Below are positions 31,101-49,400 of a stretch of 64,000 bases of DNA, piece after piece. The notes beneath the pieces were generated by a model that worked only from the letters and a program-made list of their open reading frames with translations, was not told where the DNA came from and made no database searches. Position 1 is the first letter of the stretch. Each line of letters opens with the position of its first letter. The translations under genes were made by a program, and so were the position numbers. The stretch is from positions 13,762,686-13,826,685 of the forward strand of contig NC_134035.1 of NCBI RefSeq assembly GCF_964204645.1, read 5' to 3'. Source of the DNA: Tubulanus polymorphus (lineage: Eukaryota > Animalia > Nemertea).

Positions 31101-33890
31101 GGATTTCACTTCCAAGAGTTATAATGTAATTAAGTTAAGAGCACTGATGATTTTCTGAAAGAATAAATTTACGAATTATTGAACCGTTAAGTTTCATAAC
31201 AAGCGAGTCAAGAGGGAATTGTTTTCATGAAATATTTGTGATAGTTACCTTAAAGTTCCAAATAATTCAACACCATTATACAATCTTTGATCAACTTTCA
31301 AACTGCCTAAAAAATAAATTTACAAATAATTGAGCCGTTTAGTTTTATAACAAGCGAGAACCAAGTTGAATTATGTAGAGAAAATAACTTAGTTTATTCT
31401 TAAAGAAATAACAGCAGTTTCAGCAACAACAACTAGAGTTTCTTCACTATTTGAAGGTGAATATTTCAATTACTCCTGCTGCAATTAGTGTTTAATGCTT
31501 CGGTTTCTGAAAGAGAAAATAATGCCAGAAAATGGTTAATGAAATAGATAGAAACTGCAACTTGTTTGTGTTCGATTGACAGAAAACCTACCGGGTTAAT
31601 GAGTAGTTTATCACAATGTGTTGAATATATGCAGATTTCTGACCTGTGTTTGATGGTAGCTTTAGACTGCATCCTCTAGTGAGTTGATACCTGTCGACAT
31701 TGATCAATCAAAAACACTTCATTTGCCGCACTTGATTTAAAGATAAATCTCCTGAAATAAGACAATATAGTTTATAACTGATAAAGCACCACAAATTACA
31801 GCAATAAATCAATATAAAACTCACCACTTCTGACTTGTGTTTGTAGAGCGCAATGTTAACTGCAAGTTCAGCTTTATTTTAGACCCTAGAATACAACAGT
31901 TGTATAATTTTGATGATTCGAACTTTGACCAGAATAGAAGTGATTGAAAATTCGCCTTCACTGATTAATGTAGCTTCTAATCAGGAAATGAGTTTATAAA
32001 TGTACAGTCAAACAGAGACTAGAATCTGTAGAGATATTTACCGGTACCGTATTGGTTTTGAGGATCTAAAGCGATGTCCATCTTAAACAAATGTGAAGTG
32101 AATTCCCAATGTTTACTGTTCACAGATTCTATCAAGGGTTCCAGTTATTTCAGCTCCTAAATACAAATTTTAGAAATTGTCAGTGAAGCTGTTATGAAAT
32201 AAGAGCAGTTTCAAACTAAATCAAAAACTCACCATTTTCGTCAATGTTTTTAAGCCAGCGGTATTTGAGGTTGACTGCGTTGGGCGCCAAAACCTCCATA
32301 GGTCTGTTCACTGAAAATATGTATGGAAAACATAAAGATCTTGATAATTTCCAGTTTTGATCAGGAAATAAATACATTTCAACAATTGAAAACTCACTTC
32401 AAACTAAGCCGTGATCTTTGAGTGATTGAATGCTGGAAACATGAACAGATCGAATAATTATTATAGAACAGTTCTCTAAAAATAATGAATTTCCAGGTTT
32501 TACCTACTGCTGTTGTTGCAGCTGCTGGTGGTGGTGGTGGTGCTGCTGTCGTTCCTGGTGCTGCTGCTGTTGTTGCTGGTTGTGCTGCTGCTGGTACTGC
32601 TGGTGAGTTAAGTAGCTGCAGCTGCTGTGTGTGTCTCATCCTGTAAATGAGAGTAAAACATTAGCTGTTAGTTCAAAAGTGATTCAAAATATCAACAGAG
32701 ACTGTGAAGAATTCTGTGGAGAAATTCATTACCAGTTTTGTACTTACCTTTAAATGAGCCTGTTTAAATAGTAAATTCTATTGCATTCATTTCATTCTGA
32801 AAAGAAAAAGAAACAATAATCAGTGACAATAGAGCAGAATGTAACATCTCAAATTATCAATCAATCAGACAGAAACAGTACAGGATTTCTGTAGATTAAA
32901 CTGCTGTACTTATTTCATACTGATTGTACAGTTACAGATACATGTAACATTGTGTACAGATACAGAGTACAGATCACTGCATTACTTCATCCTGTGATTG
33001 AACAGTGATTTAATGTTGTCTTATCTTCATTTGATTCCCATCCGTCTAACTAAAACATCAGAACATTTTAACTCATCTAACCTCCCGACCCGACCCTCCC
33101 AGACCCCATCCCTCCGGCCCTCCCGGACCCCTTCCCTCCCGCCCGCCCTCACCCCTTCCCTCCCCCCTCCCGGACCCCTTCCCTCCCGCCCGCCCTCACC
33201 CCTTCCCTCCCCCCTCCCGGACCCCTTCCCTCCCGCCCACCCTCACCCCTTCCCTCCTGCCCTCCCTCACCCCTTCCCTCCCGCCCTCCCTCAATGCCCT
33301 GCCACCCCAAATGCCCTCCCACCTAGCCCTACCTCAATGCCCTCCCTCAATACCCTCCCACCTAGCCCTCCCATCATGCCTCCTGTCTCCTCTTCAGACT
33401 CCACTCATCTGTACAATAACTACAATACGATTTGCCATTTTTCATGATCATATCAATTTCATATCAAACCAAACCTGAGGAATTAACTAATAATGTTTTA
33501 AGGGAGGGGGAGGTATACGGAGGGTTCACCCGAACCAAGGAAATAAGCCCGAACCAAACCTCCACTCACAAAATATTGTGAGAAAGGCAAACACAAACCA
33601 AGGACAAGAACGATGTGGGATCAAAACAAATTAATGCTATTTATGTTGCTTCACTAATTCAACGTCGTCTCAGTAGATGAGATATTTCTATACTCTGTAC
33701 AACAGGTTGTAAAAAGTTGTTTTCATGGAATCTTATTCATAAGATTTATTAATCAATGTTTATAAACTGCTGGTGCAAAATATATTCGTCATAAATAACC
33801 TGTTTGATTGTCTTTTCAAGTTAACACTTGAACCCAGTGGAACAAATCAAACTCCAGCCATTTTTCCGCCATTTTTCGTTTTTACTCTTT
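28170..33890 (-). ncRNA. Putative multi-exon spliced non-coding (or decayed coding) transcription unit, copy 1
   Basis: At least 13 exon-like blocks with GT/AG boundaries: 32796-32748, 32640-32504, 32432-32398, 32310-32233, 32156-32042, 31885-31825, 31751-31691, 31154-31033, 30730-30246, 30167-30105, 29994-29929, 29845-29787, 29580-29456. Several have stops in all three frames. Confidence 0.55.
30274..30653. repeat. 21-bp exonic VNTR (GTGAGGAGTGTCAGGCTGCGC)n
   Basis: About 18 copies in unit 1 versus about 5 in unit 2 (43216-43321) and unit 3 (55706-55811). Confidence 0.95.
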
Positions 33891-34406
33891 TCTTTGACTT
33901 GAGTCGAGGTAGGAATAGACCCCTGCCCACACCTTAAGCGTGCAGGACACTAAACCTTCGAAATGCTCTCGGACCCCACTCTTTATATTTTATTTTCATT
34001 TTTTTGAGTCGAGGTAGGGATAGACCCCTGCCCGCCCTCTAAGCGTGCAGGGCACTAAACCTTCGAATTGCTCTCGGACCCCACTCTTTATATCAGCATT
34101 TCATGCTGTTTTATTTTATTCACGCGTTCGCTTTATATTTTTTCTTTTCATATGGCTTTTCCTTATTTTGTCGTCTCACTAGAACTCTCATCAGTTCCGA
34201 CTGGGATCAAGTTTAATCTTTTAGAGACAAACAGCAAAAGTTTGCATTAGTTGCACTAGCAGCAGCAGCAGCTGCAGCAGCACCAGCAGCAACACTGATA
34301 CAGATGAATCTTTCATTAACTACGTCATTAGTTCCACATAAATCATTTCATTCTCAAATACTGAGTCGTGAAGGCAACAGAAATAACTTGTAAAATCTTT
34401 CATTCA

Positions 34407-34910
34407 CGGCCCTGGTTTGGTGACCAAGAGTCAAAGTTTGGTTCATAGCCTAGGTTTGGTGACCAAAGAGTCAAAGTTTGGTTTATGGCCCTGGTTTGGT
34501 GACCAAGAGTCAAAATTTGGTTCACAGCCCTGGTTTGGTGACCTAAGAGTCAAAGTTTGGTTTATGGCCCTGCTTTGGTGACCAAAGAGTCAAAGTTTGG
34601 TTCACAGCCCAGGTTTGGTGACCAAAGAGTCAAAGTTTGGTTCACAGCCCAGGTTTGGTGACCAAAGAGTCAAAGTTTGGTTCACAGATCTGTTTTTGAG
34701 ACCAAAGAGTCAAAGTTTGGTTCATAGCCCAGGTTTGGAAACCAAAGAGTCAAAGTTTGGTTCATAGCCCTGTTTTGTGGTGACCAAAGAGTCAAAATTT
34801 GGTCTATGGTTCTGATTTGGTGACCACAGAGGGTAAATATAGCTGATGGCCCTCGTTGAAGGTAAGTCAGTTTTATGGCCCTGGTTTGATAAGCTAAAGT
34901 TTGGTTCATG
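34407..34910. repeat. 40-bp VNTR (GGCCCTGGTTTGGTGACCAAAGAGTCAAAGTTTGGTTCAT)n; also 46998-47700 and 59527-60428
   Basis: Array length increases from unit 1 to unit 3. Confidence 0.95.
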
Positions 34911-35388
34911 ACCGCAGTTATATAAAGGTGGCACTAGAGATGAATTTTCATATATGGAGCAGTTTTTAGCTATCAAATTGTCACAGAGACCGAACAAACG
35001 TAACATTAGAAATTGAGCGTTGCATATGTTGAACAGGGGAATTGTAAAAAACACCCATCACTCGTATAAACTCAAGAATTACACACTGAATGGGCTAAAA
35101 ATCTTGTACTAAATCATAAAGTGTGAAATAATTCTGACTTATTTGAGTCTACTGGAAAATGATGCATCGATCGAAGTCTAAAAGCTATAAACTGACAAAT
35201 TGATCGAGCGCTGATAATATTTTAAATAACAGCGGAGGATGAAATAACTTTCATAAACTGATAGGATCGCGAAAAATGTCAAAATACACTAGATATGTAC
35301 CCCTCCCTCCCTATTATATCCTGAATATAATAATAGAACAATAGTCTCTCCGTGTCAATCTTTGTCCCACCTATAAATTGTAAAGTTT

Positions 35389-36140
35389 ATTTCAGAAAAT
35401 GTGTCCCATCTTTTTGAAAAGGATAACTAATTATTAAGGATATCTATCTATGAATAGTGATATACTGTGCCATGTAAACTGCTGAAGGCAAATGAAGTGT
35501 CTGAAAATCCATAAAAGTGATTACAAAACCTATCACTATTCTAATAAGTTCTATACTCTTCTTCAAAAAATGAAGAGTACATCTCTGTCTAAGAATCTGC
35601 AGTAAAAGAGGAAGCAGCGATGAATGTGACTGCATCTCGACTCTCGTCAACAATTTTGTAAGTCGTCCTATACAGTTCTCAGTATTTACAGCCGTTTCTA
35701 AAATAGCACAGAAGAAAATACATCTTTCAGCTGGAAATGTATCAGTAAACCGCCAGATATCAACAGTAATTATTACGTATGATTGTTGTTTCATTGAATT
35801 ATTAATGAAACCGTGTTTTGATCGGAGCCAAGGAGCAGTTTGTGATCATTCAATACCTTAAATAATCGCCCTAAAAATTGAAAAGTCCCCGTTCAAAAAT
35901 CCGGGGCAATTATCTCATAACGATTGAGAGAAGTGATGGTGAAATAACGTGCGCACTCACCGGGGATCAAACCCGGGTCTCATAGAAATAACAACCAGTA
36001 AAATAGAACGAGTCCAATTGGCCGATGGTTATACAGCTTGTCATGCATAACAACTGAAACATGACATGTTGCAGTCACGTGTTTCATAATGATTAATCCT
36101 TTCTTAGAATAATAAAAAGATGGGACGCATTTTCTGAAAT
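35389..36140. mobile_element. ~750-bp element bounded by ~25-bp inverted repeats, containing a tRNA-like fragment
   Basis: TATTTCAGAAAATGTGTCCCATCTTTT / AAAAGATGGGACGCATTTTCTGAAATA. Confidence 0.55.
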
Positions 36141-36224
36141 ATCCTGAACTTCAAGACTAAAACTAACGTCAACTAAACCTGTACCTAAACCCTAAAGCCC
36201 CACCCTATATCCCTCCCTCTAAAG

Positions 36225-36485
36225 CAGGGTCCGATCTAAGGAATGAAAGCCACTTGCCCAGGGGGCAAGCATATCTGAAATTTCGCTTGCCCCCCCCCCC
36301 CCAAAGATGCTTGCCCTTCACAGGCAGTCCGATTGGTGGCACTATCATCCTTGTATCGAGTGGGAAAAAAGTTTTGTGACATAAAATTGCACTAGCCCGG
36401 GGGACAAGTGATAATGATAACCTACTCGCCCTGATGAGAATATACTTGTCCCAGGCAATCGGACAAGTGCTTAGATCGGACCTTG
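36225..36485. mobile_element. MITE with CAGGGTCCGATCTAAG terminal inverted repeats
   Basis: Perfect 16-bp TIR in copy 2 (~49202-49458); internally deleted in copy 3. Confidence 0.7.
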
Positions 36486-37174
36486 AATCCTACCACCACC
36501 CCTACATCCCTCCCGCCCTCCCTCACCCCTTCCCTCCCGCCCTCCCTCACCCCTTCCCTCCCGCCCTCCCTCTACCCCTTCCCTCCCCCCAACCCTACCC
36601 ACCCTCCCCAAACCCCATGGTTAGATGAGTTAAATGTTCTGATGTTTTAGTTAGATGGATGGGAATCTAATGAAGATGAGAGAACATTATTAAATCACTG
36701 TTCAATCACAGGATGAAGTAATGCAGTGATCTGTACTCTGTATCTGTACACAATGTTACATGTATCTGTAACTGTTCAATCAGTATGAAATAAGTACAGC
36801 AGTTTAATCTATAGAAATTCGAACTCTCAAGATACACATGATCTGATTGTCACAAAGGAACATGATTGATAACTAGTTGTATTATTGACATCAGGAACCA
36901 GTTTCATATTGATTAGAAATAACATTTGAGTTGACCACAATTAAGAAAACCTGTAAACCCGCTTACAGAAATAACAATCCCAACCATGAACTGATTATAG
37001 CCAAATATTCACCGATATAATGAAATTTGAAATGATTGAATAAATGCAACAGGTTTTTGTGATTTCATTTCGAAACATGGTTTATAACAAACACTATAAA
37101 ACTGGTCCCTTTAAAATCAATTCAACAACCGATGATGATTAGGTAAATGTAACTTATCTTGAATTTCCACATTT

Positions 37175-37355
37175 AGTGATTCCCGAGTCCTTGTTATCCT
37201 GTGCTGAATCCAAGAGTGATTACTGATGTCCTGTGCTGAATCCAAGAGTGATTACTGATGTCCTGTGTGAAACCAAAAAAGTCTGATTGTGAAACACTGA
37301 TTCCTTGTTGTCCTGTGCAGAATCTAAGAGTGATTCTTGTTTTCCTGTGCTGAAT
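37175..37355. repeat. 32-bp VNTR (GTGATTACTGATGTCCTGTGCTGAATCCAAGA)n; expanded at 50170-50620, also 62737-62950
   Basis: Direct inspection. Confidence 0.85.
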
Positions 37356-39869
37356 CAAAATTCCCATTGAACATGCTGAAGTGATACCTATAATAGACAA
37401 ATAAAAGGTAGTTTTCTATCTTAGAAATAACTGCAGAAATATCAAATTTAAAATTCCAGTAGCGTTCCAGTGCAGCGGCAATAATTTACTGAATGACATT
37501 TTTTTTCTATGAATACCACGTTTGGAAGAAATTAAGTTAATTCGCCGCTGCAATATTTAGAACCTGTCCAAAATCGGCATTTGGCCACAGCAATCAAAAA
37601 TTGCTTCCAACTCGCCTGAATTCAAACTTACAAATTAAATTGTTCGCTCCAATCTGCAGTTCATTTATTCACGGGGTTTTTCTATCCACAGTTTAGGTTT
37701 TGAATCCTGAGTTGAACATGAAATATAAACAAGAAAGTAATGAAGGAACATGAACAGTTTAAATATTATCAGTTTCTGAAACTGATGGAAGAAACACTTA
37801 AAAGATGAAACAAAACTGACACTGTTTTCACTGTTTGATGTAATCAGTTCTCCAGGTTCGGACGACGATGTCAATTGTTTATAAAATAGTTTTACACATC
37901 TACAAATGAAAACAGAAAGTATCAAAATGATACAGAAATGAAAAAATAGAATGAATTCAAACCAGAAACCAAAACTAATTCACAATTTGAAGAATCATTC
38001 TACAGCGAGGTGAACCCCATCTAGAAATATTGGGGGGGGGGGGGAAGGCGATACATCGGCTCTCAGGGCCCCCTATTCTAAATTCCTGGATCCACCCGTG
38101 GTCATTCAATCCATCACTGTTCCTTCTCAAGCTGCTTTTTCTTTTGTCACGCTTGACTAACCGCCACCACGATGTGCACCTTTGTGCCTATGAAATATGG
38201 TTACCCACAATATCTGAGATGGAATATTTTTCGCCATTTAAACCAATGTTACAAAAACACTTACCGAATATTAAAATACTGATTTCAGGGGTCGGGAAGG
38301 AGGGTGGCAATGTTGTAATAAGGTGAGGTTTTTGCTTAATTTCGTGTTATGGTAAAGCACGCCATTTTGATAATACGTCATAGTGTACCTCGGATTGGGA
38401 TTCCCGCGAATGTCAAAATGTACAATGTTGGTATCGAGTTTCAATCGAGAGGTCGAATCCCGATATAGGGAGATTCTCAACAGCAGCGGCTATAGCCACA
38501 CTCTCTGTACAATTTTCGATTAGATTGGGTTTTATATTCTACGCAATATTCCAAAGAATTTATTCTTGACCACGCTCCGGCGCCGGAGTCGAGTAGTTCT
38601 CTGTCAGCTTGCTTTGATCAGGCTGGGAAAATGTATTCATAGTGTCTAGTCAGTTCTGCCAAAATCCAATAGATGGCGATCGTAGCATCATTATCAAACT
38701 TAGTGGACGTCCCGGGTTCGAACCCAGTAATTACTGACACTGATTCAGAGTGGTCCTGATGCTGAGTAGAGAATGTACAGGGGTGTCCCCGGTTCGAACC
38801 GGGTTCAGAGTGGTCCTGATGCTGAATAGCACCCTTGGTGACGGACAGCCTGGGCCACTAAAAGTTTTCCGGCGTGAACTTTCGGCCCCGGCCCTCGCTG
38901 TGGGACCCACGCCGGGAGAACATGATCCGATAGAAAATAAATTATGCAGTATACAAAGGATCTGTTAGTATTTGTTTTTACTGCACGCGCGGCCCGCCCT
39001 ATATCAGGAACTTACCCGCCACACCCGTTCAGCCCGTATATAATCATAACCCGGTGCAAGGGCTCCTCGGGGGGTCTTTGACCCCAAAATATCTATAAAA
39101 AAAACTATTAGAAAATCATTCAGTAGAATACTAAAAGGTCAAAATCCCTGTAACTTTCGGAGAAGATAGAACACTATTCATGGGCTACGCCGAGTCCGGT
39201 TACCTGTTGTTGCCCGGTACCAAGGCTCCTTGGGGATCTAATTGACCCCCAAACACCGTCAAAAATATTGTTTAAGAATTTGATAAATAAAATACGAAAC
39301 GGTCATCAATGTGTCTGAAACGTTCAGGGAAGATAGACATAGTCTAACAATTGAATGAGTAATTGTTTCTGTAGTGTGAAACGAATGTTACAGGCCGCTA
39401 GCCATCTCGTGCCCCTGGGGAATAGCCATCTCGTGCCCCTGGGGATCTTGTTGTTTATTATTTGTGAAGGTTTCGCTCGAAAACTATAACAAACACACAG
39501 AATACTCACTTAGAATTATACAGAAAGAGAATTGAATTCTTTTTAGAGATTAAATCCATCGCGCTTTATCTCAAGGAAGCTATATCTAGTATTCAATCAA
39601 CACGAAAGGAAATATCTTTATTGAAAAAAATGTACAGAAATATACAAAAATAATGAATTCAACTTTTCCCAGCAGCAATTAAAATACACAATCCTTGACC
39701 TTGGATGCCAGTTAACCGACAATTGTGGAACTAACCCTAACCCTCGTTCCAGTAAGACCATACCCTACCCCCGGCTGAGACTCGAACTCAGGACTCGCAC
39801 GTGCAAACCTAGAATGTCTACCACTAGACCATAGAATTCTGATGTATTATGGTCTGTCTGTAAGTACGT

Positions 39870-40172
39870 TGACTGCGTTTATAAAAACAGGCCAACACTA
39901 GAGTTACTGCGTTTATTCAGCAGGCAAGTACTAGGGTTTCTACGTTTCTTAAGCAGGCCAACACTAGGGTTTCTGCGATTATTTAAGCAGGCCAACACTA
40001 GGGTTACTGCGTTTATTAAACAGGCCAACACTAGGGTTACTGCGTTTATTAAACAGGCCAACACTAGGGTTTCTGCGTTTATTAAACAGGCCAACACTAG
40101 GGTTTCTGCGTTTATTTAAGCAGGCCAACACAATGGTTACGGCGTTTATTTGAGCAGGCCAACACTAGGGTA
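39870..40172. repeat. 33-34 bp VNTR (CAGGCCAACACTAGGGTTTCTGCGTTTATTTAAG)n
   Basis: About 9 copies here, about 6 at 52540-52737, 1-2 at ~27235-27285. Confidence 0.9.
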
Positions 40173-41114
40173 ACTAAAATCTCGTAATTGCCATAAAGTT
40201 AATCTCAAAATATGCCGATGTTTATTTCAATAGTCCTCGCATGCCAGGGTACGAACCAATAAACCCTCGCATGCCAGAGTAAGAATCAATAAATCCACGC
40301 ATGCCAGGGTAAGAATCAATAAATCCACGCATGCCAGGGTAAGAATTAATAAATCCACGCATGCCAGGGTAAGAATCAATAAATCCTCGCATGCCAGGGT
40401 AAAAATCAATAAATCCACGCATGCCAGGGTAAGAATCAATGAATCCTCGCATGCCAGGGTAAGAATAATAACTTTACATGCCAGGGTAAGAATAAATGAA
40501 TGGCACCTCGCGTGAGCAACTTTATGTACCGAACACCAGGGGTCGCAGTTTCACAGAAACGATCAATATTTTGACAACTGGGCCCAAGTCCCATAAAAGG
40601 AAAAGTAGATTAATTTAATTTCTTCACTCAGTCAGTTTTTTCATTGCAGTTAATCGTATATGTGAAACTGTACCCGTGGTAGGTTTGGTTTATGATGCGA
40701 GGGTTTCAATCAGATTTAGATGCTACAGTTTAACACACTAAATAGCGAGTACGGTATTTAATCCCGTAGAGTCCAGTTTCACAGAGAAAGGAAGAATCAA
40801 CTTCAAGTGCAATTCAACAATTCAATGCCGAAAGGACCCTTGGCTAAATTTCATAAAATTTAACTTTGATTCAGACTTTTTTCAAAATAAAACATTTTTG
40901 AACGCAATTGGTTTGTGAAACTGGACTCTCCACAGATCAGTTTCTTAAAAGACTTTACTCAAAGATATTTATTCATTGAGGTGGTAAACTCGAATTGAGC
41001 AAAGTTTTTTGAGTAAATTATTTCTATAAAACTGAACCCGTGGGATTTACGTGTGACGCACTGAGTGTGTGTGAAACTGCTGGCGTCTGTAATCATAACT
41101 ATAACAACACAGAA

Positions 41115-46470
<5,356 letters not shown>

Positions 46471-49400
46471 TCTTTTCTTTGACTTGAGTCGAGGTAGGAA
46501 TAGACCCCTGCCCACTCGCTAAGCGTGCAGGATACTAAACCTTCGAATTGCTCTCGGACCCCACTCTTTATATTTTATTTTCATTTTTTTGAGTCGAGGT
46601 AGGGATAGACCCCTGCCCGCCCTCTAAGCGAGCAGGACACTAAACCTTCGAATTGCTCTCGGACCCCACTCTTTATATCAGCATTTCATGCTGTTTTATT
46701 TTATTCATGCGTTCGCTTTATATTTTTTCTTTTCATATGGCTTTTCCTTATTTTGTCGTCTCACTAGAACTCTCATCAGTTCCGACTGGGATCAAGTTTA
46801 ATCTTTTAGAGACAAACAGCAAAAGTTCGCGTTAGTTGCACTAGCAGCAGCAGCAGCAGCTGCTGCAGTTGCACCAGCAGCGACACTGATACAGATGAAT
46901 CTTTCATTAACTACGTCATTAGTTCCACACAAATCATTTCATTCTCAAATACTGAGTCGTGAAGGCAACAGAAATAACTTATAAAATCTTTCATTCACGG
47001 CCCTGGTTTGGTGACCAAGAGTCAAAGTTTGGTTCATAGCCCAGGTTTGGTGACCTAAGAGTCAAAGTTTGGTTTATGGCCCTTGTTTGGTGACCAAGAG
47101 TCAAAATTTGGTTCACAGCCCTGGTTTGGTGACCAAAGAGTCAAAGGTTGGTTCATAGCCCAGGTTTGGAAACCAAAGAGTCAAAGTTTGGTTCACATAT
47201 CTGTTTTGGTGACCAAAGAGTCAAAGGTTGGTTCATAGCCCAGGTTTGGAAACCAAAGAGTCAAAGTTTGGTTCACAGATCTGTTTTGGTGACCAAAGAG
47301 TCAAAGGTTGGTTCATAGCCTAGGTTTGGTGACCAAAGAGTCAAAGTTTGGTTTATGGCCCTGGTTTGGTGACCTAAGAGTCAAAGTTTGGTTTATGGCT
47401 CTGCTTTGGTGACCAAAGAGTCAAAGTTTGGTTCATGGCCCTGGTTTGGTGACCAAAGAGTCAAAGTTTTGTTCACAGATCTGTTTTGGAGATCAAAGAG
47501 TCAAAGTTTGGTTCATAGCCCAGGTTTGGAAACCAAAGAGTCAAAGTTTGGTTCATAGCCCTGTTTTGTGGTGACCAAAGAGTCAAAATTTGGTCTATGG
47601 TTCTGATTTGATGACCACAGAGGGTAAATATAGCTGATGGCCCTCGTTGAAGGTAAGTCAGTTTTATGGCCCTGGTTTGATAAGCTAAAGTTTGGTTCAT
47701 GACCGCAGTTATATAAAGGTGGCACTAGAGATGAATTTTCATATATGGAGCAGTTTTTAGCTATCAAATTGTCACAGAGACCGTAACATTAGAAATTGAG
47801 CGTTGCATATGTTGAACAGGGGAATTGTAAAAAACACCCATCACTCGTATAAACTCAAGAATTACACACTGAATGTGCTCAAAATCTTGTACTAAATCAT
47901 AAAGTGTGAAATAATTCTGACTTATTTGAGTCTACTGGAAAATGATGCATCGATCGAAGTCTAAAAGCTATAAACTGACAAATTGATCGAGCACTGATAA
48001 AAGTCTAAATAACAGCGGAGGATGAAATAACTTTCATAAACTGATATGATCGTGAAAAATGTCAAAATACACTAGATATGTACCCCTCCCCCCTCTTTAT
48101 CAAAGTCTCGTTGTAGTAAGAAGATTGCCGTAGCCTAACTGTAAAAACTACATCTGGTTGAATATATCATCTGTTTTTACGACTATTAAATTCAGTAAAA
48201 TATTTCCTGATAGAAGTATAATTAGTTCGGAGCTCCTTAAATTCTGTCTAGAATAGAATTATAAGTCACAGGTAGAAATAAACTGTCATCAATAGAATAT
48301 CCTGAATATAATAGAACAATAGTCTCTCCGTGTCAATCTTTGTCCCACCTAAAAATTGTACAGTTTATTTCAGAAAATATGTCCCATCTTTTTGAAAAGG
48401 ATAACTAATTATTAAGGATATCTATGAATAGTGATATACTGTGCCATGAAGGCAAATGAAGAAGTGTGTCAATAAAAGTGATTACAAAACATATCACTTA
48501 TTCTAATGAGTTCTATACTCTTCTTCCAAAAATGAAGAGTAGGTCTCCGTCTAAGAATCTGCAGAAAAAAGAGGAGGCAGCAATGAATGTGAACTGCATC
48601 TCGACTCTCGTCAACAATTTTCTAAGTCGTCCTATACAGTTCTTCATTTTAGAACCAGTATTTACAGCCGTTTCTAAAATAGCACAGAAGAAAATACATC
48701 TTTCAGCTGGAAATGTATCAGTAAACCGCCAGATATCAACAGTAATTATTACGTATGATTGTTGTTTCATTGAATTGTTCATTAAGCCGTAATTTGATCG
48801 GAGCCAAGGAGCAGAACTTGTGATCATTCAATACCTTAAATTATAGCCCTAAAAATTGAAGTCCCCGTTCAAAAATCTGGGGGCAATTATCTCATAACGA
48901 TTGAGAGAAGTGACGGTGAAATTACGTGCGCACTCACCGGGGATCAAACCCGGGTCTCATAGAAATAACAACCAGTAAAATAGAACGAGTCCAATTGGCC
49001 GATGGTTATACAGCTTGTCATGCATAACAACTGAAACATGACATGTTGCAGTCACGTGTTTCATAATGATTAATCCTTTCTTAGAATAGAAAAAAGATGG
49101 GACGCATTTTCTGAAATATCCTGAACTTCAAAACTAAAACTAACTTCAACTAAACCTGTACCTAAACCCTAAAGCCCCACCCTATATCCCTCCCTCTAAA
49201 GCAGGGTCCGATCTAAGGAATGAAAGCCACTTGCCCAGGGGGCAAACATATCTGAAATTTTGCTTGCCCCCCCCCCAAAAGATGCTTGCCCTTCACAGGC
49301 AGTCATTGGTGGCACTATCATCCTTGTATCGAGTGGGAAAAAAGCTTTGTGACATAAAATTGCACTAGCCCGGGGGACAAGTGATAATGATAACCTACTT

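Larger units (their letters stand above)
32886..36819. repeat. ~200-bp inverted repeat pair (32886-33082 / 36619-36819) enclosing ~3.5 kb; repeated in each unit
   Basis: Reverse-complement match of TTAAACTGCTGTACTTATTTCATACTGATTG...AACTCATCTAACC; also ~45553-45752/49615-49812 and ~58022-58221/62192-62390. Confidence 0.9.
25893..38644. repeat. Large tandem segmental repeat, copy 1 (~12.75 kb)
   Basis: Collinear homology with 38645-51348 and 51349-64000; the boundary is TCTAGTC inside the MITE right arm. Confidence 0.95.

Noticed and set aside
29456-32796. snoRNA host gene interpretation of the non-coding multi-exon unit
   Set aside because: Many introns are only ~70-110 nt and I found no convincing C/D or H/ACA box pairs by eye; an Infernal/snoscan run is needed to exclude it fully.
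38271-38480. ORF with Ig-like flavour (HFDIRGNPNP...YQNG)
   Set aside because: Non-ATG start, no conserved Cys/Trp, stop before the nearby donor; the resemblance is too short to support.
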